From the NCBI GenBank assembly GCA_009103225.1, contig RHPI01000140.1, positions 62,001 through 126,000 of the forward strand: a stretch of 64,000 nt of DNA, read 5' to 3'. Both the position numbers and the translations under genes were made by a program. Origin of the DNA: Chlorokybus atmophyticus (Eukaryota; Plantae; Mesostigma and Chlorokybus algae). Below, piece by piece: positions 11,719 through 24,100 of this stretch. Each line of letters starts with the position of its first letter. Positions within the stretch are counted from its first letter, which is position 1. Under the pieces are notes generated by a model. It searched no databases, was not told the origin of the DNA, and saw only the letters and a list, made by a program, of their open reading frames with translations.

Positions 11719-14700
11719 ATGCCTGTGTCCCAGCCTTGGCCTAGCTTGGGGGAGGCCAACCCTGCGCCTCCTCAGCAGCAGCAGCGGCAGGTGGTGAGGA
11801 AGAAGCCTCCTGTGCAGCGACAGCAGCAGCAGCAGCAGCACGTGGATGAGTTTGAGGACAGCGGGTGCCAAATATGCCTTGAGGATGAGCAGTCGGCGGC
11901 GGTGGTGTTTCGTCCATGCGGTCACTGCGCCTGCAAGTCGTGCGTGTTGAAAATCCGACTTCAAAACATCTACAAGGCAAGCACACACAACATCTCAGCT
12001 GCTGAGAGTCATGTGCTTCACCGGTTGCTAGCACAAGCTGCAGTGGCCGGGCAGCAGGGCAGTATATAAATTTTGTAATGACAAGTTGAATGCTGCACTG
12101 ACACAGACAGGCAGCACATGTCTTTCATATGCATGCGTGTGTACCAGTGCTTGGATTTGTGGCAATGTGATTGCGTACGTTTAGTGCATGTCTCCTCTGC
12201 CTGACACACAAACACACACGCGTGCATGCACAATATGTGCTCAGCCGTTGGTCATTCTGTGTGCATACTTTGTCAAGTGTTCCGTGCTCTGCAACCATGT
12301 GCATTGTCGGTCAGCCTCTGTCAAAACCGCACATGCAATGGTTGCGGTTTCGCACTGTATTTATTAGTACATAGTTATCGGGCTATGCCCTTGGCAACCT
12401 GAAGCAAAACGTTCCTCATCTCACGTGTGATTATTATGCTGCTTGCAGTATGTCACATCATGTTTGCTAGTGATCTTCACATTGGACGATCATCACCAGT
12501 GCAGCACTGTATTGCTCTCGGCATTGATTTGCTTATTGCAGTCGGCAGCTGGCGTCCCATGTCCATTCTGCCGCACCACTGTGGAAGGTTACGCCACAAC
12601 CGACGGCGCCACGCATGCTGAGCTTGACACTGCGCTTCACGAAGCCAACCTCCCATGGAACCCTTCCACGCAAGCTACCGCTCTCGAGACACCATCGCCA
12701 TATCTTCCGCTTCCTACTCCTGCTCCCGCACCCTTGACAGCGACTGCAGACTGGACAGAGGTGTGAATGCGTTAGTGGTGTTGGTTGCTTGATTATGTTG
12801 TGACATGTGTTATGTGCGACTGTGTGCAGGTGCATACGAGGAGGGCACGGCCTGCTGTGGCCACTCAGCCAACAGTGAGTACTAGTACTAGCAGCACTGT
12901 GGCTAGCGTGTCATCGCGTGCTGGTGGTAATGCCGGGCGGGTAAACCAAGCGCGCAGAGACTTGCGGGAGGAGATGCTCTTGCTGGATCAGACTATGGAC
13001 ATGGTCAAGCGAGAAAAGCTGGAGAAGAAGTTGATGGTAATGCGGGGACGCTTGTGCATGTGTGTGCCCATGCGTACGTGTGCACATTGCATGCAGTAAA
13101 AGGCACACCAAGTTTACGTAGATAAGCGTGCATATGTATGCGTGTATGTGTGCGCATGCGTGTATTATGCGTGAGAACACCTGTGTGCATGCACATGTGT
13201 GCATGTGCATGTGCATGTGGGCAGTAGGTCGATGTTGTAGCGGACATAGGGCTCAGTGCCATTCCTTCTTTCAGGGAGCAGCTAGCGCGGAAAGGCACAA
13301 GTTCGCGATACGATGTCTGCAGTTGTTACTGCCTCACGTCACAACGATGGCCGAGCACAACACGGCGACTTACTTTCTGCAGCGGCTCGTGGAGTACGCC
13401 AGCACCAACGCCAGCGCCCTGGCCAACCTCGGCTACCGCAACGCCATGAACAACCTCTTAGCAGCCTTCAAACCCAAGCTTGTCGCCCTGGCAAGTCACC
13501 CGCGCGGTAACTTCGCCATACAACAACTTGTGAGTCTCACCACCTTATTGCTATGTAACAGACTGGGGTGTACAAATATCGCCATGTACAACTCGCATTT
13601 CTCAATGTCTCAACAAATGACAACTACTTGCAGATAAACTTTGCCCCGGACTATGCTTTCTTGATGGAAGTGCTCAACATCATGAAGGGCAAAGTGGCGT
13701 TCTTGCTGCTGGACAGGCACGGGTCATACTGCATGCGGGGCCTAATAACCAAGCTGGTACAGTTAGGGAACACTGAGTTTCTCCAGAGGGACGCTGCAAA
13801 TGTCCTTGTGAACGAGCTGGTTTCCGGCGACGCCGTGCGATTGGTACGTGTCATGAACATTATGAAGGAATGGCTTTTGCGGTTTGATGCTGATGATGTT
13901 GTGTGTGCAGGCAAGCACGAATGAGGCATCTATTGTTGCGACCAAGGCCATAGCCAACGCAGACCCATCCTTGCCATCCGTGCGAGCGCTGGCGCTGAAG
14001 TTTGCCAAGCACGCTGCGGAGATAGCCGGCACGCAGGCCGGCAACTGCGTGCTGCTGGCGGTGCTGAAGCTGCACCACCTGCCCGAAGTGCTGCAAATGG
14101 TCCTGCGCAAGCTATGCCCGCGCTTCGCGGAGCTCGCACTCGACACAAGGGGCCTCGGGTATAAAGTTGTCCATGGGTGCATTGGCGCTGAGGCCACGCT
14201 CACCGACCCGACGCTGTCCGGCGTTGTGGCTGGTGTCCTGTTGCAGCCACAGGCGCTTCAGGCCAATCAGGTATTATTGTATGCCACACTACACCAGCAT
14301 GCTTAGCTTAGCTGAAAGAAAACATGTTTTACATGTGTTTGGCAAGTGTACCTAAATGCGCATCACCTGCGCCATATGTATACCAAGAGGGACACATGCA
14401 TACACAGACACCACACTACCACATCTGAACTAGGATCACATGCAGGCCACTACTGCGAAGCACTTAGAACTTCTCATATATGCTGTATCGTTGGTGATTG
14501 ATGAGGACGTGTATGAGTGTCACTGCGAGGCCATGGAGGCGCATTATGGCCCGCACGAGTGGCCCGAGATTCAGCGGATGCTAGAGGCCAGGCGAGGTCC
14601 CTCGGAAGATGTGTACGATGACATGCCTGAGTACTGGAACTCGCACAGCGCCTCTTCTTCTGACTACCCGCCCCAGATGACAAGGTACCCAAACTTCTTT

Positions 14701-16143
14701 CTTGAACCACCGCAACAACCACCGCCACAACAGCAGCACACACCCACATATAGCCCTCGTTCTGACCCTTGGGAGGACGAGCCTCCGTCGCATCAACCAC
14801 AGTAAGTCTGAACTCACAATCAACGAGCATACACGTCTGCTGTTGATGAGTTCGTTGCATTGCTGTGGTGTGAGCTTACCAACGTGTGCAACAGGGCCAA
14901 GCAACCTCTTAGAGCTTCGGAATCAAACCATGGCGCGGGTCTTGCCACTTCTTCAGCAAGGGATTACGCCGAGTCAGAGGCTGCAAGCTTGGCGGAGCGC
15001 TTCTGGCCACATGAGACTGCCCGCTCTTCAGAGGGCACAAGCTGGCGAGCCAACAATTGCTCAGAGCCAACTGCTGTTGCTACTGCTCCTGCTGCTGCAC
15101 AGCCGCCACCAAGCACAATCACACCTGTGCATCAAAGTATAGAGCGCAGCAGCCGAGACATCAAACTGGAGCGGTCACAGTCACACTCAGCAACACCCGC
15201 GGAGCCAACATTGCACTATGGTCGTATCGAGAGCAGCAGCAGCAGCAGCAGCAGCAGCGGACAGGCGCGGTCACAGTCACACATATTGACATTCCCGACA
15301 CCAGCCGTGCAGCATGGTTATGCACAGCACCTGCCCGAACCTGCGATATCCAACCAGCAGAGTGATGATGACGAACTCGCGCTGTTGTTGGGCTCGTTGG
15401 GTGTAAGCTCGTTTCGGCCGCCATCTCTGCAACGTGTTTCAACGCCTATTGCGCCAACACAGCCGGCCTCAACAGCGTCACCGCCTTTAGCCGCGTTGCT
15501 CCCTCATGCACAGTCCCAGACCCAATATTCTCCTCCCCAGGCCATGAAACCGGCCTCTGTCCCTGTTCCTGTTCCTGTGCCCGTGCCCGTGCCAGTTCCC
15601 TGGCCATTATCTGCATCAAGTTCTGCACAGTTTACCACACCCAACATGATACCAACAGTACCACAGGTACGAACATGCACATACACATGCGCACACATGC
15701 GCGCGCACACACACTTGTACCTAGTGTGAGTTTCAAACAACTCTGACTTTATGCGCCTGCAGCCGATTCGGGTGCCAGCACCGTACAGGCCACACATGAT
15801 GCTACCAAGGCCTGCCTGTCAGCCCCCCGTGCCCGCTGTACCACACATGCCCAGACCCGTGTCGCCGCCCAGGCAGCCCCCAGTCCCCACACCCCAACAC
15901 TTGCATCCGCAGTATCAGACGCACCATCACGTGAGCCCCCCACAGCCGGTCATTCAGCACGGCGGTGGCGGGCGCCCACATGTTCCACCGGGGTTTCAAC
16001 ATGCCCAGATGCCAGTCATGCAGCATGACATGGTGCCCCAACCCATCCAGCAGTTGAATCCTCTTGCTCCCCAGTATATTCCTCCTCACGCCCAACAGCA
16101 CTACCTACCAGAACCTCATGTACAGTATTGCCCCTTTAGCTGA
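11719..16143 (+). CDS. RING-HC (C3HC4) + Pumilio (PUF) repeat protein with a Pro/Gln/His-rich low-complexity tail
   Basis: RING: CQICLEDEQSAAVVFRPCGHCACKSC...|CPFCR. PUF-like repeats: HNTATYFLQRLVE, LASHPRGNFAIQQL, LLLDRHGSYCMRGLI, IAGTQAGNCVLLAVL. Exons join in phase where checked. Confidence 0.8.
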
Positions 16144-16853
16144 TAGCATATGCTGTGTATACAGTGGTAAGCGGTGAGTGCATGTGCGTGTTATCGAGGC
16201 AAATGCAAACACGCACGCATGCTTCCATCCGCACTCAAATCCAAAGAGGAAGAGTGGGGGCTCGCAGCGGTGTCACTATCTCATGTGTGCCAGCCTGCTT
16301 GTGACTGTACAATATTGCCAAGCAATGTGCACATGCGTAGACAGCAGGACACATAATGCACACCTCACACACTCACCTGACCGTGCAGCACGTGAACGGC
16401 CTGACTTGCCTGACCTTTTTTTGTAAGTATGATAACATAATTGGATGCACACGGAGCTATACTCCAGCAACATCTCCGTGCTGATTGCTACCTAGTCCTA
16501 GTCCTAGTCCTAGTCCGTGGGTCATTGCATACTGATGCACACGGTGATGCCGTCAAGCAGCAAGTCCCAAGCGGGAATCTGGTGTGCCCTGCTCGCAACC
16601 GTCTCCAGGTGAATGCTTTGGGCTGTAAAACCGGCATGCCGGCCATCTTGATATCCATCTTCTATGTAGAAGCACACCATACTTCCCTACACCACTCATT
16701 GTATCTGAATGGCATTCACCTAACTAAAGCCCTCGCATTCAGCCAGGTGCACAAGTGCAAGTTGTACTATTGTTTTGCCTGTGTCCGTAAGCGAGATGCG
16801 AGCACGGTAAATTTACCACATAAGCATGCCAACGCTGCTACAACACAGTCTAG

Positions 16854-19092
16854 CTAACTTTCGCTTGTGTCGGGAAGCTCAACAACTGCTGCAGTGTGGT
16901 TCAGCCCGCACGACACTTGCAGGACCTTGCGCGGCGCCTGCTTTCCCCCGGGCTGCCCTCTATCTGATACAGAAAAACCCAGTTTCAGCGCAACCAACAC
17001 ACCCACACCCACACGCATGCACACGCGTACCATCTGACTGAACCTGTTGCTCACCCACTGCACCTCCCGACACCCGCATGGGCTGCCACCAATCGTTGTC
17101 ATTGCCAAGACCCTGTAAGTAGTTGAGACTGTAAGACAAGGCAGCCCCATATCAACTCGCTAACATGGTCTCACTCAGAATGCATCCTGCACGCACCAGT
17201 TGGCCACCACCGGAGTCACCACCCTCGCTATATGTACCGACAGACCCGCCCCATCCCCAGCAGTAAAGCTTCCCGCACTCTGAAGCAGAACAGTTGTGTA
17301 TTTGCTTGCACAGTGTTAACGTGCATGCACACGGACGAGCATGCGGACACGTGCACACATTTGCAGGCACATGCGAGCGCATATGCACACACGCACAGGC
17401 ACGCCTGTGTGCGCGCACACATACCAGTGATGCAGGCAGTATGGCGCCATCCGCACGCGATCTGGATGACGCTAACATTGCTCGCGTCAAATGCGCTCAG
17501 CCTCCTCGGCACGCTCTGGTAACCGCTCTCAGCCCCCAACCCCAAACACCCTGCCTGGTCAGTGTAAGAGAGGGCATAATACGCACACACCCGCGCACGC
17601 ACACACCCACACACACGCGTGCAGACCCTCTCACCTGGTTGGCTCCCCACACATAGATAGACCCCCCTCTTGTAATCGCCGCGTTGTGCAAAGCCCCGCA
17701 CGCCACGCTCTCTATAGCCACCTCCGACGGCACAACCTCAGGACTATATTTATCCTCATCCCCACCCAACCCAAGCTGATGGAACCTGTTGTGTCCAAAC
17801 ATGAGCAGCTTCCCGTCCTCATCGACGCACGCCGAGTGCATCTGCCCCGCGGCCACGCTCTCTACGCGCACGCCGCGCAGGGCACGCACGAGGCGTGGCC
17901 GCGCCTCGCAATGGGATGAGAAGAAGTAGTGTGGCGGGGTGCCGTGACCCAACCTGCCGTTGGCGCTCTCGCCAAAGGTGTACACCTCGCCTGTGGATGT
18001 TACGGCTACGCTGTGGGTTGAACCTGCTGCGATGCCAACCACGTGCGCACCAGCCAAGTCGCGCACAAGCATGGGGCAACTTTGTTGGCTTGCATCTGGA
18101 ATGAGGATAAGAACGCTGTCCATGTGTGGGAGCGGATGGTTGAAGGTGTGTGTGCACACGCGNCTGCGTGCCAAGCGTGTGTGCATGCGTGCTTGTATGA
18201 GACTGCGTATGTGCGAGCAAGCTTATGCGTGTATACCTTTCTTGTCTTTGGCTATGCCCAGCTGGCCGTGCGTATTGAGACCGAAGGCCCAGAGGTCCCC
18301 CTGCGCTGCGCATCCCAAACACAGCTGCTCATCAGCTTACCAAAGTTTACATGTTGACATAATTTCACTTTGGCAACAACTACACCACCAATCACTCACA
18401 GTCAATTGCAAGTGTGTGGTTCCCCCCCGCCGCCACGCTCCGCCATGTGCGCCCACCAGACGGGACCAACACCTCCCCAAGTACCTGGCAGGGAGAGAGA
18501 AGAATAATTCTCACCGATACATGTGCATGCACACGTGCATATGTTTGTTGTGTCACCTGACTGGGTTCTGCGCTGCTGCGGCCCAGCTGGCCCTTATCGT
18601 TCAGCCCGCACGTGAGCAACCTCCCCTCGCCTGCTTCGCATATGTAATAATACTTGCTTTCACTCGTTGATATATGTGTGTATGTGAATACTGATCCCAC
18701 TTTCAATGATACAACCGGTTGTTACAACACGAAAATGTACCACCAGTATGCTTAGCTTCGCGCGCGCATTGCAATGCGCATTCACAGCAATGGCTTTGTA
18801 CATGCGTCAAGTGTTAACAGGATTCGTGAGCAAAGACATTGCATGCAGCTGAGGAGGATTGCACACTGATACGCTGATGCAGTACAGCATTTCACAACCT
18901 GCATGCATTACATGCATGTTCCCAACCTGTGATGATGGCAGTGTGCGCTCCGCCGCACGCCACCTGGGCGGCACCGTCACTGCCCGGGACGAGCTGCGGG
19001 TATGACGACGACACCGCGGTGGCCCCCAACCCCAGCCTACCCGCTCCACCTGACCCCCATGCCGCCGCCGCCAGGCGCGCCACGTGGCGCAT
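16854..19092 (-). CDS. RCC1-repeat (BLIP-II/UVR8-like beta-propeller) protein, possibly organelle-targeted
   Basis: About 7 RCC1 repeats: AWGSGGAGRLGLG, VACGGAHT, GLNDKGQLG, IAAGSTHS...FGESANGRLGHG, VAAGQMHS, VACGALHN, IACGWRHT, VSCGLNHT. Confidence 0.92.
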
Positions 19093-19243
19093 ACTGAGCA
19101 CACAGTTACGTCACCGGCGTTACATTTACATATTGCGGTAATGCAGAGAAATGCCGGTGACGTAACGCGCAAGATCTCAGCTGGCGTCATCTAGTTGACG
19201 TGGTCGCCTGGCAGGCGAGCATTGACACGTGGGATCCGCGATC

Positions 19244-19866
19244 ATGGCGGCGGCGGCGGCGGCGGTGTCGGTGGATAGCTGGGTGGTCGGGTCGCCCCTG
19301 AGAGCTGCATCGTCAGTGCAGCGCAGCCGGCCGCAACGGCGGCGGCCAGCTGTGGTGGCAGCTGCGGCCCCGTCCTCCTCTTCCTCGTCCGCTTCCACAG
19401 ACAGGAGGTCGTTGCTGGTGGGGGCGGCGAGCTTGGCGGCCGCGTTCTCTGTGTCCGGGGCGTCCGTGTCTCCTGCCTCCGCGGTGCAGGGCCTCACTGC
19501 GGGACGCGTTCCAGGCCTCGGCAAGCCCGATGCAGATGGCTACAGGTGTGCATCTGTTTTCTCTGTCTCTCTTTCTGACTTCTGTACTCATGGGTGGGGT
19601 TGTTCTCCGCATGCTGAACTTTTGTAATTGTAATTGTCATTTTTGGTAATTCTGAACTATTGTAAATTGTTTTTGTTTGTTTTTAGGTGGTATGTCCGCC
19701 CTGAGGGCAAGAGCGGCGGCCATGGAATCGGCTGGAGCGAGTTGGAGCCTTACAGGTTCCGCGTGGGTCCAGGATGGGAAGAGGTGAGTAGTAATGGAGT
19801 TTTTAGTAGTGGAGTTGTGTGCCAAAGACTCATCAGGTCCTGCACATACATACATACATACATACA

Positions 19867-19897
<31 letters not shown>

Positions 19898-20510
19898 GCG
19901 CGCTTCCATGCAGATGCACACACGCGCAAATGCATGAAGTTATGCATACTGAACTTGTGCTTGTGCACACATACACGCGCCGGCGCTCATGCACGCACAG
20001 ACATGCACCCTCACACACGTATGCACACAGGTGGCAGTGTCGATTGCGGATTTGGGTGGCACAGAGATAGACGCTCGCTTTGAGAACCCTGACCAGGGCA
20101 GGTTGGCTCTGGTTGCAGCGCCACTGGCTCGGTTCGCCGACAATGCTGAGGCTGAGCTGGTGGATCTCGGGGACCCGTTAAAGATCATCACTGCGTTTGG
20201 TCCGGAGCTCTTCGGCACCAATGTCGATGAGAAGGTTGTGTACTCGGAGTCAGTACACATCGGGGACAGAGATTACTATCGGTGGGAGCTGTCGCAGCCG
20301 CATGCGCTTGTGGCTGCTGCAACGGGGTCCAAACGACTGTACTTCGCCTCCCTCACAGCCAACAGTAAGCGTGCAAGAAGCGCATGTGTGTGTTGTCATG
20401 TTGGGTCTGGTTGCTGAGACTGTTGTGTGTGTGCAGCGAGGCAGTGGAAGCGGGCGGGGCCGGAACTGCGCAAGATCATTGACTCTTTCAGAGTGGGCTT
20501 TGCGGGTTGA
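19244..20510 (+). CDS. PPD6: PsbP domain protein 6, thylakoid lumen
   Basis: Transit peptide plus Tat signal (RRSLL...ASA), then VQGLTAGRVPGL, RPEGKSGGHGIGWS, VSIADLGGTEIDARF, AFGPELFG, QWKR...SFRV. Confidence 0.9.
19845..19895. repeat. (CATA)n tetranucleotide repeat in a PPD6 intron
   Basis: Direct reading. Confidence 0.9.
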
Positions 20511-21197
20511 GGCGGAGTGCGAAGGGTTAGTTACTAGACTGTGTGAATTTGTTTTGGAGGTTTGACTGGCATAGACGGACACATACACTTTTTGGTACGA
20601 ATCACTGCGTGTAACGGCTTGGTGTGTATTGAATTGCCCTGTAGCAGACAAATGCACATATCAGATGACTGCCTGCAACGGGGCTCTGTTAAATTTCTCG
20701 AGCACACTATGAAACACAGCAGATCAAACCAGGGCATGTGGTGGATTTTCAGCAGAGGGGGAAAAACAAAAGTTCAACCGCAGCTGCTCCACCACAAGTA
20801 CGTGTATGCATGCAATGCAGCAGTGGGTTGCAGAGGAGTGCAAGGCAAGGTGACAAGGGCACATGGCAACAACCTGCAGCAACCGGGTGCAAGTGACTCC
20901 AGTGGCCCAATAGCAGTTGAGTAGGTACAAGGCTGTGGTTTGCTGCCCCCATGCATACAACACAATTGATTAGATGCTTGCAGGTTGCCAGCACTGCAGC
21001 GATAGCAGCATGCTCAGTAAGCCTGCTACCCCAGAGGTGTGTCAAGCAGTCTCTAACCAACGGTCCTCGTGCAACCAATGGAACCCTGCTGAGTCACTTA
21101 AGTAGCGGTTACAATGAGAGCAATGCGGCTGCATGCGTGCCGCATTGCTTTCAGTGCAACCCTTAGACACGAATACGCAGCATGTAGTGGACTCATG

Positions 21198-24100
21198 CTA
21201 GCTAGCTGGTCTAAACATTGAGCGCATATTCTCGTACGCGTAGTATGCCACTAGTGCACTGGGCACGAGTTTGACAAGGTTGGGTATGGCACCTCTGTAG
21301 TACCCGAGGATGCCTTCCTCTCGCCACACGTGCTTGGCAACAGCTACCGCGCTGGCATGCGCCCACACCCTGTTGCCAACAACAGCCCCTGCCTGCATGC
21401 GGTGCCGGATGGTGTCAAGCGGGTACACTGCAAGCTGTGCAAGGGCGCTGGCGAGGAGGGCTGCGGCGGTTAGGGCCTCACGCGTGGGGCGTCCACTGCC
21501 ATCGTTGAGGCGTGGAAGCAGCGGGCGCAGCACCTCGTATGTGCAGTAATGTACCGCATACATCGGTGCTGCACCCAACAGCGTGGGACCCAAGCCTCTC
21601 CACATGCCGGCTTTGCGCAACACCGATAGCGTGCTGGTTGATACGGCAACGCGTGTCCTAGCTGTGTCGAGTGGATATGTTGCAATGGTTGCAATTGTGC
21701 CTGCGAGGGCGCCTGCGGCTGCAGCTTGGATTGCGGGGAGTCTTTCTCTGTCTAAGTGCTTCGGGGCGGTAGCAAAATGTGCGCCCGTAGCAGCCTCGTA
21801 TATGACAAGCTGGAGTGCAGCTGCGGGCAACACGCGCAGCATGTTAACACCATTGCCTCTGTACAGACCCGTCAGCAGCCTGTCGGCCCTTATTGCAGCC
21901 AGTGCTGAGCGCAACGCCTTGCCTTTTCTGACCTGCAAGACCCAAACAAATCACATGATGTTAGCGCGCTGGAACTATGCTCACAGACAACACCCGAGCA
22001 CGCAAACAACCTGCAGAAGAAGTCTGACACGCTCGACAGGTGCAACAGCAGTGGCTGCTGCGACACTGGCGAGGGACACGGATGCCACATGCCACGCAGG
22101 TAGAGCAGCACGCAGATGCTCCACCATAACAAACGCTGCTGCGGGCTGGTCGGCGCTGGTTGGCACAGACTCCAGTAGCGTGCCCACCGCGCTAAGAGTC
22201 AGATCTGACATGCGCCCCACATTCTTGGCAAAAAGGCGCGGTAGCAGCTCACCCTAACCAGAAAGACAACATCAGTGAGTGCAGAGGACACAACTGAAAT
22301 AATGTCTCACAAGTGAGTCCCATGCAGAGTTAGTCTCACTATGCCATGCCATAACATGCCTCAGAGTGTTCTGACCGGCTGAGCCTTCTGCTTGAACTGT
22401 GTGTAGGACAGCAGCCTATCGTGTGGGCGGCCAAAGAGCATGCGCATGCAGTACAAGCGCTCCCTCTCATCCTCCCAATAAGGTGCCATGACAGCGTCAA
22501 ATGAAGGCGCGTCAATAAATCCTTTGTTGGTGCGGTCTGCGAGTTGGAATGCTATCTGGTAGTGCGAATCGGTGTGATTCATCAGGGTGTCAAACCTAGT
22601 AAATTCCATAAATGAGATGAGGGCTTTGCTGGGATCCCTGTTGGAAGCAGCCAACTTTGAAGCCATGTCAATGATAACATCATCTCGTGCTTCTCTTCCA
22701 CTGCCTCTGAGGAAGGATCTGAAGTCGGCAACAGTCATGTACCGTTCACCAGTGGTGCCATCAGTAAAGGAGGCATTCGCATTGAATATCTTATGAAGAG
22801 TTGTACGGCTGACATGAGCACTGCGATAAACACCGTGATGGAATGCTTCTCCGCTGATAGCCCACATGCGCGTGTCCCGCTTGGCAGTTACAGTTGCTCC
22901 CCGCGGCGTGTCAAACATGAGCGCAAGCTCTCCAAAGCTCTCACCATCACGAAGGGTTGTGACGAGAGTAAAACCGTTATCGCCATCAGAGGGGTGGTGT
23001 ACAGTCATAGCAACTTCTCCAGATGCCACCACATAAAAGTTGTCGCCAACATCACCCTGTTGAAATAAAGTCTCCCCAGCACGCAACGACACCGGAAAGA
23101 AAGCCCCGCTCAACTGTCTCAACTCGGCATGCAACATGCCTCTAAACAAGAAGTGTTCAGCGAGGTAACCCGCCAGCTGTTCCTGCTCCCACTCTCTCAG
23201 CTCACCATCATGCCCATCATCTGCACAGGTTGTGTGACCAATAGTTGCAAGCCAAAACCTTGCATGCGCAAGCCAAAACCTTGCATGCGCGTGCAGCCTC
23301 TGACCTGGCTGGGGTGACGATGTGCGTGTCTGCTTGGCCAACTGCTGTTGTGCATGAAGTGCAGTGCTATACGCAGCACGCGGGGCACGCCATAGAAAAA
23401 CATCTGTTCTGTCAGAAGCACGCAAGGTTGCAATGCGCTGCGCTGTCAAACCCACAACGGTACTTGTGCCAAAGACGCCCCCTTCTTCAAGCCTCGCCGC
23501 CACACTCAAACGCTGCCCAGGTAGACTGTCACTTTCGTCCACGACCAGCCGTTCCACAGTGCCCGACTCAACCACATACATGGCATCACCATAGTCACCT
23601 TCGTGAAAGACAACCCCGCCCTTTGGTACAATAAAAGGCCGAAAGGAGTCTATGAGCTGTTCCCTTAGCTTGTCCTCGCGTATGCGAGCCCAGACTATGG
23701 TGTGGGACAGCGCACGTGCAACCAACTCGCGAGCAGCGCCATGCGGTGGCTGATCAAGGCTACCACTGTGAATGCTTTTGCTATGAACACCACTCTTGTC
23801 CTTGGGACCACCACGCACATATTCCTCATCGCCTAGGCGGGCAGAGCCGAGGAGGTGCAGGTTGCTTGGCTGCTGCTGGGAGGACCAGTCTTTGGGCACG
23901 TATCCCGATGATGCAGGAAAGGAACCGAGTAGTCCCAATGCTTGGTATGCAGCTGCAGTTAGCTCGCTGCAGAACACTGCACTCAAGTCTTCCTCTGAGT
24001 CAAAAGCAGACGGACTGCAGGACGCAAGCAGGGCATCGATTGCTGCCAGCTCTGCTGCAGTTGTGTCGCGCTCGGTTTGCAATGAGAGGCGCTGTAAGCG

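Noticed and set aside
16130-16240. Possible CCCH zinc finger after the RING-PUF stop
   Set aside because: The Cys/His residues fall in different frames across a stop codon, and no suitable splice sites were found.
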